This document shows, piece by piece, positions 13,520-26,120 of a stretch of 60,585 bases of DNA (position 1 is the first letter of the stretch; each line of letters begins with the position of its first letter). The position numbers and the translations under genes were made by a program. The stretch comes from Chiloscyllium plagiosum (Eukaryota): contig NC_057721.1 of NCBI RefSeq assembly GCF_004010195.1, forward strand, positions 44,781,240 through 44,841,824, given 5' to 3'. The notes beneath the pieces were generated by a model. The model saw nothing but the letters and a program-made list of their open reading frames with translations, was not told where the DNA came from and ran no database searches.

Positions 13520-14980
13520 AAATACTTCTGGCAAATCATGTTTGACTAATTTGATTGAGTTTTTGATTAAGTAACAGAAGTTGGTGAAGGTAATGCAGTT
13601 GATGTGGCATATGTAGACATCCAGAATGCATGGAATTAGATGTCACGTCTCAAAAATACAAACTTGACTGAGTAACAGTAAACGGAATAGTGGTGAACAC
13701 TAGTTTTCTGGGCAGTAATTGTGTTTCCCAGGGGAAAGTATCAGGACCATTCTTCTTCTTGATCTATGGTAAAAAAAAACTAAATCTGCATGTGTAGAGC
13801 ACTAATTTAAAATTGCATACTGTTAGAAAAAGTATAGTTGTGAACTAAGAAGAGGACAATGAAAAACTGGCAGAAAGCATAGACAGGATGCTGGAGTAGG
13901 CAGACATGTGACAGATGCATTTACTGTAGGGAACTGTGGAATTTGTGGGACGGCTGTTTGTTCTAGTCTTTGCATTACTGCTTTGGCTATGAGCCCATAG
14001 AAGGGTGAGTGGGAAAGATTAGGGAAAAACTAAAAGGCATCCTACATGTACGTGAGGAATAGGAGAATGATCAGAGACAGGGTAGGACCGATCAGGGATG
14101 GTGGAGGGAACTTGTGCTTGGAGTCTGAAAAGGTAAAGGAGGCCCTAAATGAGGTTTTTTTGGTTCAGTATTCATGAGTGAGAAGGACCTTGTTGATAGT
14201 GAGAACACCATGGATCAGGTTAATAGGCTTGAACAGGTTGATCTTAAGGAAATGGATGTGCTGGTAATTCTGGGAAGCATCAAGGTAGATATGTCCCCAT
14301 GCCTGGATCAGATACATTCAAGGTTACCACAGGAAGCGAGGAATGAGATTGCTACGCCTATGCGATGATCTTTGCATTCTCACTCTCCACGGGAGTAGTA
14401 CCAGCTGATTGGAGGGAGATGAATGGTGTTGCTCTGTTCAAGAAATGGAATTAGGAAATCTCTGGCAATTACAGCCCAGTCAGTCTTACGTCTGTAGTAA
14501 GCAAGGTACTGGAAACAATTCTGAGAGATAACATTTATGACTATTTGGGAAAACATAGTTTGATTAAAGATAGTCAACACGGCTTTGTGAGGGGCAGGGC
14601 ATGCCTCACAAGCCTTATTGAGTTCTCTGAGGACGTGACAACACAGTTTGACAAAGGTCAAGCAGTGGATGTGGTGTATATGGATTTCAGTAAGGCATAG
14701 GAGGCATGGGATACAGGAAAAGTTGGCTATTTGGATATAGAATTGGCTGGCCCATAGAGGGTGGTACATGTATGGAATGAGCTGCCAGAGGAAGTGGTGG
14801 AGGCTGGTACATTTGCAACATTTAAAAGATATCCAGATGAGTAAATGAATAGGAAGGGTTTAGAAGGATATGGGCCAAATGTTGGCAAATGGGACTAGAT
14901 GTATTTCGGATATCTGGTCAGCATGGATGAGTTGAATCGAAGGGTTTGTTTCTGTGCTGTATATCTCTATGACTCTATGA
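13520..14980 (+). mobile_element. CR1 fragments in the gene A intron
   Basis: SIKVDMSPCLDQIHSRL, QHGFVRGRACLTSL and the tail ctctatgactctatga. Confidence 0.85.
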
Positions 14981-15070
14981 GTAAATCATATAAAATTTAT
15001 TTAAACTGAAGTTAATAAATATTTATTGGAAGATTTGTTTTTAAATGTATTATTTTCATTCCTTATGCAG

Positions 15071-15412
15071 AGACATTCACTTTAACCTGTGACCGGTATA
15101 TCGATTCAGAGATTGGTAAAGCTGTCACTCTCAAATGTTCCTTTGAGAGCCGTTCCAACAGTAACCCGGTTGTGATCTGGGAGAAGGTAGGCGAAAAACA
15201 AACCATCCACGAATACAGGGATAATCAAGATGACTTAAGTGAACAGCACAAGAACTACACCAAGAGAACTGCAGTTGCAGGCAATGCCGTCAACAGAGGA
15301 GATGCATCTCTTACTCTGAAGAATGTTAATGTTTGGGATGAAGGAACATACAAGTGCTATGTCAGCACCAACCATGGATTTGATGATGAAACAATTGAGC
15401 TGTTTGTATGGG
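15071..15412 (+). CDS. Gene A IgV exon, B7-H4/VTCN1-like V-set domain
   Basis: Acceptor tgcAG| and phase-1 donor |GTATGT. Translates (E)TFTLTCDRYIDSEIGKAVTLKCSF...VIWEKVG...IHEYRDNQDDLSEQHKNYTKRTAV...GDASLTLKNVNVWDEGTYKCYVSTNHG...LFVW. It has the V-set C, W and DxGxYxC. HExxxxxDxLSEQ, RTAV, ASLxLKNV and GTYKCY are motifs I recall from B7-H4. Confidence 0.92.
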
Positions 15413-16606
15413 GTATGTCAGCTGTTCTGTTCTTTGTCTTTAATTACAATCATTTGTTTAAAGTTTTAATTTTTTACAAAGATGGCCAATGACAACAAAG
15501 GGAAGGACAGATCTTATTTCTTATAGCAATGTGTTCTGATTTTTATAGAAAGGCAATAATAATGGTGTCTCATCTGGACAGCTATACTAAGCAATAATGA
15601 AAATCTAATCTCTTAGTTCTGTAGGATTCTCCTGATCTCCCAGGTTGAGCCTATACCAGTCGAGTACAGAGTAATGAGAGCTGATCCTTTTGAAAATGAA
15701 ATTCTATTGTAGATTGACAGGGTAGATATTGAGAGACTATCTCTCCCTTGTCAGAAGAGCCTAGAATAGGATAAACTGTTATTTTTAGAGTGTTAATTTT
15801 GGAATAGCCTTGATGGACTGTTCTATAATGACTATGTGACACTAGTGTTTCACTTAAATTTACATTCAAAGATTTTCAGCAAGACACAAAAATTCTGTTG
15901 AAAGTCACCTCAAGGCATATGTCTCAACTACCCCGTGTGCCTACTTCTGGCAGCTTTAATTGTTTAAAAATAATGGGTCTTCGTCTGCTTAGCTTTGTTA
16001 TAGGGATGAGGAAGAATTTAGTGTCTCAGAAGGTCATTCATATTTGGCATTCTCCCTGAGAGGGCAGTTGAATCATTGAAAATATTGAGGCTGAGTTAGA
16101 CATTTTTTTGATTCACAGATGAGTCAGGGTATGTGAGGGCAGGCAGGAAAATAAAGTTAAAGCTATCATTAGAAGAACCATGATCTTATTTAACGGCGCA
16201 GCAGATCTAATGTGATGGATGGCCAATTCCCAGCTTCTATTTCTTAATCAACACGTGATATTGCAGAAGGATCAGTGATTGTGCAGAATTCTCTACTGAA
16301 GCTGCAATGAGGGGGATCAAGAGATTAGTGGTGATGATGCAATTTGTCAAACTTCATCCTGTTCATAGGTAGTCATTTGAACAATAACCCAATTCTGAAA
16401 TTCTGATGAATCTAAATCCCTGATGTCTTTTCCAGAGTTGCTGAGGGAGAAAAGCGTTGTGAATAAAACCTAGTAATTTGCATGGAAAAGCAGGGGATTG
16501 GTCATAGTGCCTGGTAGTAACATTTTTATTTGCTCTGCAATAAGTTAATCTGTCATAAGTAACCACAGAATATGAAATGTCTTAACGGCTCTTATGAAAA
16601 CTGTCA

Positions 16607-16843
16607 CAGTAGATCACCCCCCCCCCACCACCGTACCCGCAGGGGATACATTCCAAGACTTGCCACAGAAGCCCGAAGCCACGGGTAGGAGTGAACCCAT
16701 TTATTTAAATGGGAAATGTACCATCCCGGCAGCATCCTGGTCCCTGGTTCTGGAATGTTTCCTATTATATGTTCAGGGCGTGAAAATGATTCCACGGATT
16801 CCGGTTCGCCCTGTATATTGTAAAACCGGTTGCAGTTTAACTG
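16607..16843. mobile_element. Tigger/pogo-like MITE (tentative)
   Basis: Starts CAGTAG...CCCGCAGGGGATACATTCCAAGAC, which resembles Tigger-type termini, and ends ACTG|TA. Confidence 0.5.
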
Positions 16844-16935
16844 TATAATTTCTTTCAGAATGGCATGTTGAAAATCAGAAATTATTCATTTATACTATTA
16901 TTAGTTATTATAATAACCACTTTTTTTTTTCTTAG

Positions 16936-17223
16936 CAAAGGGTACTGGAGATATGCACATCTTCTGGGAAACTAATGGTGATAATAATGACGTGCTGACT
17001 TGCAAATATTCAGGTTTGTACCCAGTACCAAAGATTAGCTGGAAAGACACACATGGCAATGATTTGAACAGCATTAGTGAAACACTCCTGTCCAGAGATG
17101 AAAATGGATTATACCATGTGGAACATTACCTGAAGAGAGAGAGTGATGCCAAAAATCAATATGTCTGCTTCGTACAGCACAAGTGGATGGCAAAGTCCAA
17201 GGCTGCTCGAGCTGTATTCACAA
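16936..17223 (+). CDS. Gene A IgC exon, B7/butyrophilin-type constant domain
   Basis: Poly-T acceptor cttAG| and phase-1 donor A|GTGAGT. LTCKYSGLYPVPKISWKD...DENGLYHVEHYL...YVCFVQH matches the CxxxGxYPxPxxxW...DxxGLYxV...YxC pattern of B7/BTN membrane-proximal domains. Confidence 0.92.
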
Positions 17224-17978
17224 GTGAGTTTATTTCTGAGATCAATGTTGATACTAAAGGTAACTTAAATTATTATATAAGTTGTGGAGAAGAAGCATGT
17301 TAATAAGATGACCTTAGAAGCTGAGAAAGGACTATTCTGAATTTGTTTCTCTTTTAAATGTATTGGGTTTTATAAGATTTAGGGTTTGGAAGTCACAGAT
17401 TATCCAAAATAGGCAATTAAGAATTCATTAGCAATGTTAAGGCAGTTGATTGTTTCTTAAGAAGCAATAATTTAGATGTGGTACATAACCTAATAGGTAC
17501 AACAGATAACAGGTGAGAAAGATTGACTGGTACCAAATGGGAATACTGGGTGGGGAAAGTATAGCAATACTAATCTCCATAGCTGATGGGAACGTTTTAC
17601 TCAGAATAGTGTACTGACCACAGATTGGACAATGGGATGGATGAAGCTGAGCTCCATGGCTGAAAGTGGTAGTCTCATCTGTTTGCCAACAGCAGGCTTC
17701 TTCTCTCTCTTTGTTCTTTTGCCCCATTGCCTTTGCTGAGATATCAGAAAGCTCAGTATCTTCTCTTAGGTGAGGGTTGAAAGCGGTTATTCTTTCTGTT
17801 ATCTTTTTTTTTGTTGAGCAAGACAGTTTTTTTGTTGTTGTTGCTTCCACCTGTCCAATGATGTCTTTGACAATATGGAACTTATTAATGATAGGACTGG
17901 TTTTACAGATTAAGACCTTGTAAGAAATTGCAAGCAGCAGCAATAGTAAAATGTCTTTACGTTTCCTTTTTTTTCCAG

Positions 17979-18031
17979 ATGGGCATAACATGATTCGTCT
18001 CGATGATGGAGAACCTTCTCCTGATTTATAA
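17979..18031 (+). CDS. Gene A probable terminal coding exon (hydrophilic tail, no TM)
   Basis: Strong acceptor ttcc(t)8ccAG| at 17977-78. In phase 1 it reads (N)GHNMIRLDDGEPSPDL, then TAA at 18029-31. Confidence 0.6.
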
Positions 18032-18139
18032 GTCAAAGGGCATTTTACCATTGATGCTCTTCTATTCTTAAATGACTTGCAAAGCTTTTCCAAACACAGG
18101 ATACAGTATACTGAGCATCGTGAGCTAATATGTGCTGTC

Positions 18140-19160
18140 AGAAAACATAAGAGTTAAAAGCAGGAATATGCAGTTCTTCCTTTCTAGCCTGCTCTGCCAT
18201 TTAGTATGACCAGGGGTGATCTCAACTCAGCCTCAATATTCTGTCCATGTCCCATAAGCCTTAAACCTGTTACTAATTAAAAATCAGTCTGTCTCATTTT
18301 TCAATTTATTCAGTTTCCAGACATTCCCAGGCTGAGGTAAAACTGAGATGCGGAGAAACTACTTCTCTCAGTGAATCTGTGGAACCCACTGCCCCAGAGT
18401 GTATTCGATGCAGAATCAATCAATCGATTGAGGAAAGAAATTGATATGTTAGAACATAGAACATTACAGCACTGTACAGGCCCTTTGGCTCTCAATGTTG
18501 CGCCGACCTGTGGAACTAATCTGAAGCCCATCTGTCCTACACTATTCAATTTTCATCCATATGATTATCCAATGATCATTTAAATGCCCTTAAAGTTGGT
18601 GAGTCTACAACTGTCGCAGGCAGTGCATTCCACCTCCCTACTACTTTCTGAGTAAAGAAACTACTTATAGAACATAGAACATTACAGCACAGGCCCTTCG
18701 GCCCTCGTGTTTCTGATGAAAAACAGGATAAATGTCTATGGCGAGCAGGCAGGAAAGTGGAATTGAGACCATTATAAGATCAGCTATGATCATGTTATGT
18801 GGTGCAGTGGGCTCAAAGGGCTGAATTGCCTACTCCCACTCTTAATTCCTATGTTTGTTCCTGTGTATGTGCATATGTATGCTCCTATGTAATGAATTCC
18901 ACAGATTTGCCACCCTTTGAGAGAAGTAATTCCTCCTCATCTCTGTTTTAATCTGCTACCCCTTAACCTAAAGCTATGACCTTTCATTCTGGATTGTTTC
19001 CCATTCCCACTCCACCTCTACTTGTCAAACCTTTCTAACATCTCAACTAGTTCTCTTCCCATCCTTCTAAACTCTAGTGAGTAGAGCCTAAACTGCTCAG
19101 TCTCATCTCAAAAGATAAGCCTTTCATCTTTCGAATGGATCGAGTGAACCTTGGAACTGT
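18140..19160. mobile_element. Stacked CR1 3'-end fragments in both orientations
   Basis: agaacatagaaca tails and the NLWNPLPQ motif. Confidence 0.7.
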
Positions 19161-19454
19161 GTCCAAAATAATTTTTAACAATTTTCTGATAGTTTATCGG
19201 ATTTATTAAGCAGCAGTTTAGAAATTGTGCATTAGTGAATTAAAAAAGAAATTAGGCAGCATGATGGCACAGTAGTTAGCACTGTTGTCTCATCACCAGG
19301 GACCCGGGTTCAGTCACACTGTCTGTGTGGAGGTCCCTTATTGGATCTGTGTCTGTGTAGGTTTCCACCAAATGTTCTGGTTTCCTCCCAAAATCTGAAA
19401 GTATGCAAATTAGGTGGATTGGCTATACTGACTTATGAACATTATGAACAACTT

Positions 19455-20755
19455 ATGAGGTATAGTTAGTAAGTTTCTAGATGACTAGATTGGAGGTGTA
19501 GTGGACAGTGAAGAAGGTTACCTCAGATTACAATGGGATCTTGATTAGATGGGCCAATGGGCTGAGGAGTGGCAGATGGAGTTTAATTTAGATAAATGTG
19601 AGGTAAGAGCAGCAAGGAGGGGACATGAAAGGTCCTTAGTTAGTAGGATTAGGGAAAACCCTAAGGCTTTCTATAGGTATGTCAGGAATAAAAGAATGAC
19701 TAGGGTAGGAATAGGTCCAGTCAAGGATAGTAGTGGGAAGTTGCGTGTGGAGGCTGAAGAGATTGGGGAGACACTGAATGAATACTTTTCGTCAGTATTC
19801 AATCAGGAACAGGACATTGTTGTCAATGTGAATACTGAGTCACAATTAAGTAGAATGGATGGCTTTGAGGTATGTAGAGAAGAGGTGTTGGAAATTCTGG
19901 AAAGGGTGAAAATAGATAAGTCCCCTGGGCCTGATGGCATTTATCCTAGGATTCTCTGGGAAGCAAGGGAGGAGATTGCAGAGCCATTGGCCTTGATTTT
20001 TATGTCCTCATTGTCTACAGGAATAGTGTCAGAAGACTGGAGGATAGCAAATGTCAGGAATAAAAGAATGACTAGGGTAGGAATAGGTCCAGTCAAGGAT
20101 AGTAGTGGGAAGTTGCGTGTGGAGGCTGAAGAGATTGGGGAGACACTGAATGAATACTTTTCTTCAGTATTTACTCAGGAACAGGGCATTGTCGTCAATG
20201 TGAATACTGAGTCACAATTAAGCAGAATGGATGGCGTTGAGGTATGTAGAGAAGAGGTGTTGGAAATCCTGGAAAAGGTGAAAATAGATAAGTCCCCTGG
20301 GCCTGATGGCATTTATCCTAGGATTCTCTGGGAAGCAAGGGAGGAGATTGCAGAGCCATTGGCCTTAATTTTTATGTCCTCGTTGTCTACAGGAGTAGTG
20401 CCAGAAGACTGGAGGATAGCAAATGTGATTCCCTTGTTCAAGAAGGGGAGTAGGGATAACCCAGTAAATAGTGCGGTGAGGAAGGCATATGGCGTACTGG
20501 CTTTTATTGGTAGAGGAATTGAGTTCCGGAGTACTGAGGTCATGTTGCAGTTGTATAAGACTCTGGTGCGGCCGCATCTGGAATATTGTGTGCAGTTTTG
20601 GTCGCCATACTATAGGAAGGATGTGGAGGCACTGGAACGGGTGCAGAGGAGGTTTACCAGGATGTTGCCTGATATGGTAGAAAGATCGTATGAGGAAAGG
20701 CTGAGGCACTTGGGGTTGTTTTCATTGGAGAAAAGAAGGTTTAGGGGTGACTTAA
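19455..20755 (+). mobile_element. Mosaic CR1 ORF2 with a 372-bp internal tandem duplication
   Basis: gtcaggaataaaagaatgac occurs at 19681 and 20053. The 414-aa ORF is stitched from non-contiguous ORF2 pieces and lacks the RT core. Confidence 0.9.
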
Positions 20756-21089
20756 ACTCAATCCCCTTGTTAATGAAAGCCAAAACACCATAGGTATCTC
20801 AATGGTCTAAATATCTGAAGCCCTCTCTCCTGCATCAGCCTCGCAGCCACATGTTAAGTTGCATTCGCTGACTGTTCCTCATCTCCCTAACTCGTGGCAC
20901 CAATAGCAAATCTGAAATCACTACTCTATTCGTCCTGCTCTTCAGCTTCCAACCTAATTGTCTGAAGTCACTTTTTAGATCCTCAATCCCTTTTTGGCTA
21001 TATCATTGGTGCCAATATGTATCACGATCTCACCCAGTTAAAAACCTTCCCAGAAGTCCTTCGCTCCTCCCTCGCACCTCTCGGCAAAT

Positions 21090-22290
21090 GGTATGTGGGA
21101 TTTGTGATGTAATATGCAAAAGTGCCTACCAGCTGAAGCCAAGTGGACGTCATCAGGTTCTATAAATGGCTTTGTCATTATAAAATGTGTCAAGTGGAGC
21201 ATGGGAATCCTGTTGCAACTGGCCATCCTCACCTGTCTGACTGAGCTTGGGGAACACCACATGAGTGTAGGCAATGGCAGAGCTTCACACAGAGCATGTC
21301 CTGAGCAATGACGTCCTAGGCTAGCCACAGCAAAACCCCACAACCGAGTCAAGTCATACCATTGTAGTTGCTGCCTGTATGTGGAATCAAAATGGTAAAG
21401 GTGACCTACAAGGCCTGACTTGAGTAAGCAATCACATTGGCTGGCATTCAGGATAACTCATTGGATAGTCCACCTACATTTGGGTTGGAACAGTTAAATT
21501 GCTTAGCAACATCCAAATCGGAACCAATTGTATTAATGTTTGGTTAAGTGGTCAGCTGGTACTCATGAAAGTCGATATCGGTGCAGCTGTATCTGTGATT
21601 GCAGAACCTGCCTTAAACAAGATTCACTGTGGACTGCAACCCTTGTGTTTGCAGTAGATCTTGGCCAGACTGAGAACATACCCAGGGAACCATTACAGAT
21701 TGAGGTAGCAACTTTGGTTCCACTCTCCTTTGCAAAGCACTTGCTGTAGTTACCACTGATTGTAGTCAGTGGTTGAGAAAGATTCATCTTGATTGGCTCA
21801 ACATTTCTCGATTAGAAAATGCATGCCTCAGTGGAGTTCTACTGAAATAACCAAGAGCTTTTCAGGAAGATCTAGGGACTATAAAAGGGACCAAAGCCAC
21901 TTTGCTTCCTGGTCAACAATTAATTCTGTGGTTTAGCAATGCAAGCCCAGTGCCAATTGCCTTATGGAAAAAGTAGTGGGAGAAATCAGGAAACTGGAAA
22001 GTGAAAGAATCATCAAACCAGTGTAGTTTGTGAAATGAGCAGCACTGATTGTGAAGCATAACAGCTCAGTGTGCCTTTGTGGGGATTTTAAGCAAATGGT
22101 AAACCACTTCTCGCAGCTGGATAAATATCCAATCCCTCACATAGAGGAGTTGTATACGGAGGGGGGAACTGGCTTCGAAGCTGGACATAAGCCACACTTA
22201 CCTGCAATTGCGACTAGATAAGGAATCCAAGAGGTACATCACAATTAATACCCATGACGGTTTGTACCAATGGCATTTGACTGCACTCTT
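21090..22290 (+). mobile_element. Degenerate Ty3/Gypsy gag-pol remnant
   Basis: Protease-like MKVDIGAAVSVI near 21565. RT-like LCGDFKQMVNHFSQLDKYPIPHIEELY and KLDISHTYLQLRLDKESKRYITINTHDGLYQ at about 22075-22270. Confidence 0.85.
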
Positions 22291-22559
22291 TTCCAGTGAA
22301 CCATTTTGCAATAATGCCAACATCTACATGATGTAAAAGTAATTTAATTGCCCCAGTGAAAATTAAACCAAGACAGAGTCTGTGCTCTAAATTGTGAATA
22401 TTTCTGAATAAGCCCTTTATTCTTTGACATTGATCGAATATTATCATTAGGTAGAAGTTTGTTTTTATACATGTATCTCTGATTACTTTTTATTATATTA
22501 TTCTTATTTCTGTCATTAAGGAAGACAACAAATTGTGTCAGCTTATAAAATGATTGTAG

Positions 22560-22910
22560 AAGATATTTCTTCATTCATGGAATGCCAATGTTGTTGGGTA
22601 GGTCAGCCAATCATTAACCATCCCTAATTTCCCAGAGAGCAATTAAGAGACAAAAACATTCCTGTGTGTCTGGAGTCACGTGTAGGCCCGATCAGGTAGA
22701 GACAGTAGATTTCCTTCCTTAACATCAGTGAACCATATGGGTTTTTATAACTGACAGTAACCACATGGTTGCCATTAGGCTAACTTTTAATTCCAGATTA
22801 TATTTACTTCATAGTTTGCCACCTGCCATAATAGGATTCAAACCTGTGTCCCCAGGACATTGGCCTTGGTTTCTGGATTGCAAGTCCATTGACATTACCA
22901 CAACATCACC
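22560..22910 (-). mobile_element. Old SINE-like repeat (SacSINE1/Deu-type, tentative)
   Basis: Shares gtctggagtcac.tgtagg...caggta...ttttaattccagatt...ggattc.aa.c with 42240-42540. Confidence 0.6.
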
Positions 22911-23459
22911 TGTTCAAGTCACTACTGGAGCAGTGTTTTGTGTGACAGAAATCATTTGGATTTTCTGATCTCAAGGGTGGCATTCCCTACTTCATGTTCG
23001 ATTCATATAAGACTCTGCACTTTAATCTCTTGTCAGACCATTTTGGATATTTGTTTCTGTGATTTTATTATTCTTGGGATTATTTTTTGAAGCAAAGCAT
23101 GCTTGAATTGAAATAAAGTTCAAATATCTAGGAAACATTGGTTTCCTAGATATTCACTTGCCTTCTGCAAAATCTTGTGTCTCATTTATTTCTGCTGTAT
23201 CATCCTTTATGATATTATTTTCTTACCTCTCATTTCCTGGAAAGCACTTGGTGTTTTAAGAAGTACCTGGTAAGTCAGCTTCAGCAGTTGAGGTGTGAAT
23301 GGGATTGTCTTGGAAATGAGAAGGTAATTGTGTTGGGCAGCACCGACGGCAACTTCTGTCTTAACGCTTTGATGAATACATGTTCAGGATGGCAATCGTT
23401 TCCTGTAACGTTTGAAAATTCTATCAAAGTGTTTCAAATTGTGTTCACATTTTGATTTA

Positions 23460-25380
23460 TTTGTAAATGCTTGCAGACCTTCAGTAAGAGGGTTTACCCA
23501 TTTCGAAACTTTGCAATAACTTACTCACAGATGCTCAATTCGGGTTCTATCAGGGTTGCTCAGCTACTGACTTCATTACGGAAAGCTGAACTCCAGAGGG
23601 GAGATGAGAATGACTGACCTTGACATCAAAGCTGCTTTTGGCATCCAGGGGCCTTAGCAAAATCTGAGTCAGTGGGAATCAGGAGAAAATCAGGCAGCAC
23701 TGCTGCCTCACAGCGCCTGAGACCCGGGTTCATTTCCCGCCTCAGGCGACTGACTGTGTGGAGTTTGCACGTTCTCCCTGTGTCTGCGTTGGTTTCCTCC
23801 GGGTGCTCCGGTTTCCTCCCACAGTCCAAAGATGTGCAGGGTCAGGTGAATTGGCCATGCTAAATTGCCCGTAGTGTTAGGTAAGGGGTAAATGTAGGGG
23901 TATGGGTGGGTTTCGCTTCGGCGGGTCGGTGTGGACTTGTTGGGCCGAAGGGCCTGTTTCCACACTGTAATGTAATCTAATCTAATCTAAAATCTCTCTG
24001 CTGATTGGAGTCGTACCTGATGTAAAGGAAGATGGTTGTGCTGGTTAGAGGTCAGTCATCTTATTATCTCCAGGACATTTATGCAGGAGTTCCTTTGGGT
24101 AGTGTCCTAGGCTGAACTATCTTCAGTTCCTTCTTTAATGACCTTCCCTCCATCATTAAATCTGAAATGGGCATGTTTGCTAATGATATTCAACACTATT
24201 TTCAGCTCATCTGATTGAAGCAGTCTATGTCCAAATATTATAAGTCCTGGATAATATCCAGTCCGTGAGCTGACAAGTGGCAAGTAATATTTGTGCTTCA
24301 CAAAGCATCGGCCATCTACAACAAGAAAATGTAACCATCGTCCCTTGACATGTGATAACATTACTATCGCTAATTCTCTAGGAGAAAGTGAGGACTGCAG
24401 ATGTTGGAGATCAGAGCTGAAAATGTGTTGCTGGAAAAGCGCAGCAGGTCAGGAAGCATCCAAGGAGCAGGAGAATCTTCAGGAATTCCTGAAGAAGGGC
24501 TCATACCCGAAATGTTGATTCTCCTGCTCCTTGGATGCTGCTTGACCTGCTGCGCTTTTCCAGCAATACATTTTCAGCTATCGCTAATTCTCCCACTGTC
24601 AACATTCCAGGTTACCATTGACCAAAACCTGAACTGGACTATAAATCCTATGGCTGCAGGCCACACTTGTGATACTGAAGCATTCAAAGGTACAGATCAA
24701 AGTGCTGAAAAATGGGATTAGATTAGTTAGGTGGATGTTTTTGACTAGTGCAAACTCAATGAGCTGAAGGGTCTTTTAAAATGCAACTGTACAATTCTAA
24801 GAGCAGGCCACAAACTAAGAATCTTGCAACAAGTAATTCACCTCCTGACTCCCAAAGCCTGCATACAGCCTACAAGGCACAAGTCAGGAATATAGTGGAT
24901 TATATTGCACTTGACTGGATGAGTGTAGCTCCACAGCACTCAAGGTATTTGATACCATCCATAACAAAGCAGCCTGCTTAATTCACACCAAATCCTCAAA
25001 CATTTGCTCTGACCACCACCAACACTCAATAGTGGTGTATCATCTACAAGATGTACTTCAGAAATCTACGTTGGCTCCTTAAATAGTGCCTTTCATACTA
25101 CAAACTAACCAACTAGAAGGACAAGGGCAGCAAAACACCACCACATGCAAGTTTCCTTCCAAGACTTGGCATCCTAACTTGAAAAGATATCTTTCCTTCA
25201 ATACCTCTGGGTCAAAATCCTGGATCTCTCTAATGTCATTGTGAGTGCACCTACACTAAGTGGACTGCAGCAGTTCAAGAAGGCAGATCACTACCACCAT
25301 CTTGTGGGCAACTAGGGATGGGCAATAAATGCTGGTTTAGCCAATAAGACCACATGCCCTCAATGAGTGAAGAAAGAAAC
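23460..25380 (+). mobile_element. L2/CR1-clade LINE remnant with nested HE1 SINE (about 23692-23990) and PLE hairpin (24379-24577)
   Basis: GVPLGSVLG, NDLPS, FAND and YKAQVRNIVDY motifs. The SINE has a (TAATC)n tail. The hairpin has a 15-bp TSD CTATCGCTAATTCTC at 24364 and 24578. Confidence 0.8.
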
Positions 25381-25804
25381 GTGTTACCAAACTTTATACT
25401 TGCAGCCCCTCAAACAACCCCAATGATGCTGTGCAATTGTATTTAAAATGTTTTAAATCAGTAAGCAGGTTCAGATGAGCAGGTGGTATTTTGGAACAGA
25501 ATAGTCAACTATTAGCTAAAAATGTACGATCTGCTATTTTTCCCACTAAATTGTTTTATGTAAAATGATGAATTGACAGAATGGAAACTAATATATCACT
25601 TTTTAAACATTCAGAAAGATACCTTGACATGATTATTTATTAATTGGGTTGCCTTTTAATGAAACCTTTCCTTGAAATCTTCAGTTTCTTCCCAAAATAT
25701 GGGTTTGATGGGATTGCAGTGTGTGATTCACCCGTCTATTGAGTCAAAACGTAGGCAGCATGCCAACATCAAAGATGTGAGCATATAGCTAGCATGTACA
25801 TTGA

Positions 25805-26120
25805 GAGACAATAGACAATTGACAATAGTTGCAGGAGTAGGCCATTCTGTCCTTCTAGCCTGCACCACCATTCAATATGATCATGGCTGATCATCCTTAA
25901 TCAGTATCCTGTACCTGCCTTATCTCCATAACCCTTGATTCCACTATCTTTGAGAACTCTATCCAACTCTTTCTTAAATGAATCCAGAGACTGGGCCTCC
26001 ACTGCCCTCTGGGCAGTGCAATCCACACAGCCACCACTCTCTGGGTGAAGAAGTTTCTCCTCATCTCTGTCTTAAATGGTCTACCCCGTATTTTTAAGCT
26101 GTGTCCTCTGGTTCAAACTA
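25805..26120 (-). mobile_element. CR1 3' end
   Basis: caggagtaggccatt...gaagaagtttctcctcatctc pattern. Confidence 0.8.

Noticed and set aside
15071-17223. Assigning a firm symbol (VTCN1, CD276, HHLA2, NCR3LG1 or BTN) to gene A
   Set aside because: The V and C domains point to different subfamilies, and orthology needs phylogeny and synteny.
17437-18093. 218-aa minus-strand ORF antisense to gene A
   Set aside because: It runs through poly-T and low-complexity intron sequence, has a non-ATG start and shows no domain motif.
23692-23990. tRNA genes at GTGGTTAGCAC...GGTTC motifs
   Set aside because: These are tRNA-derived SINE heads followed by the V-domain and a TAATC tail, not complete cloverleafs.
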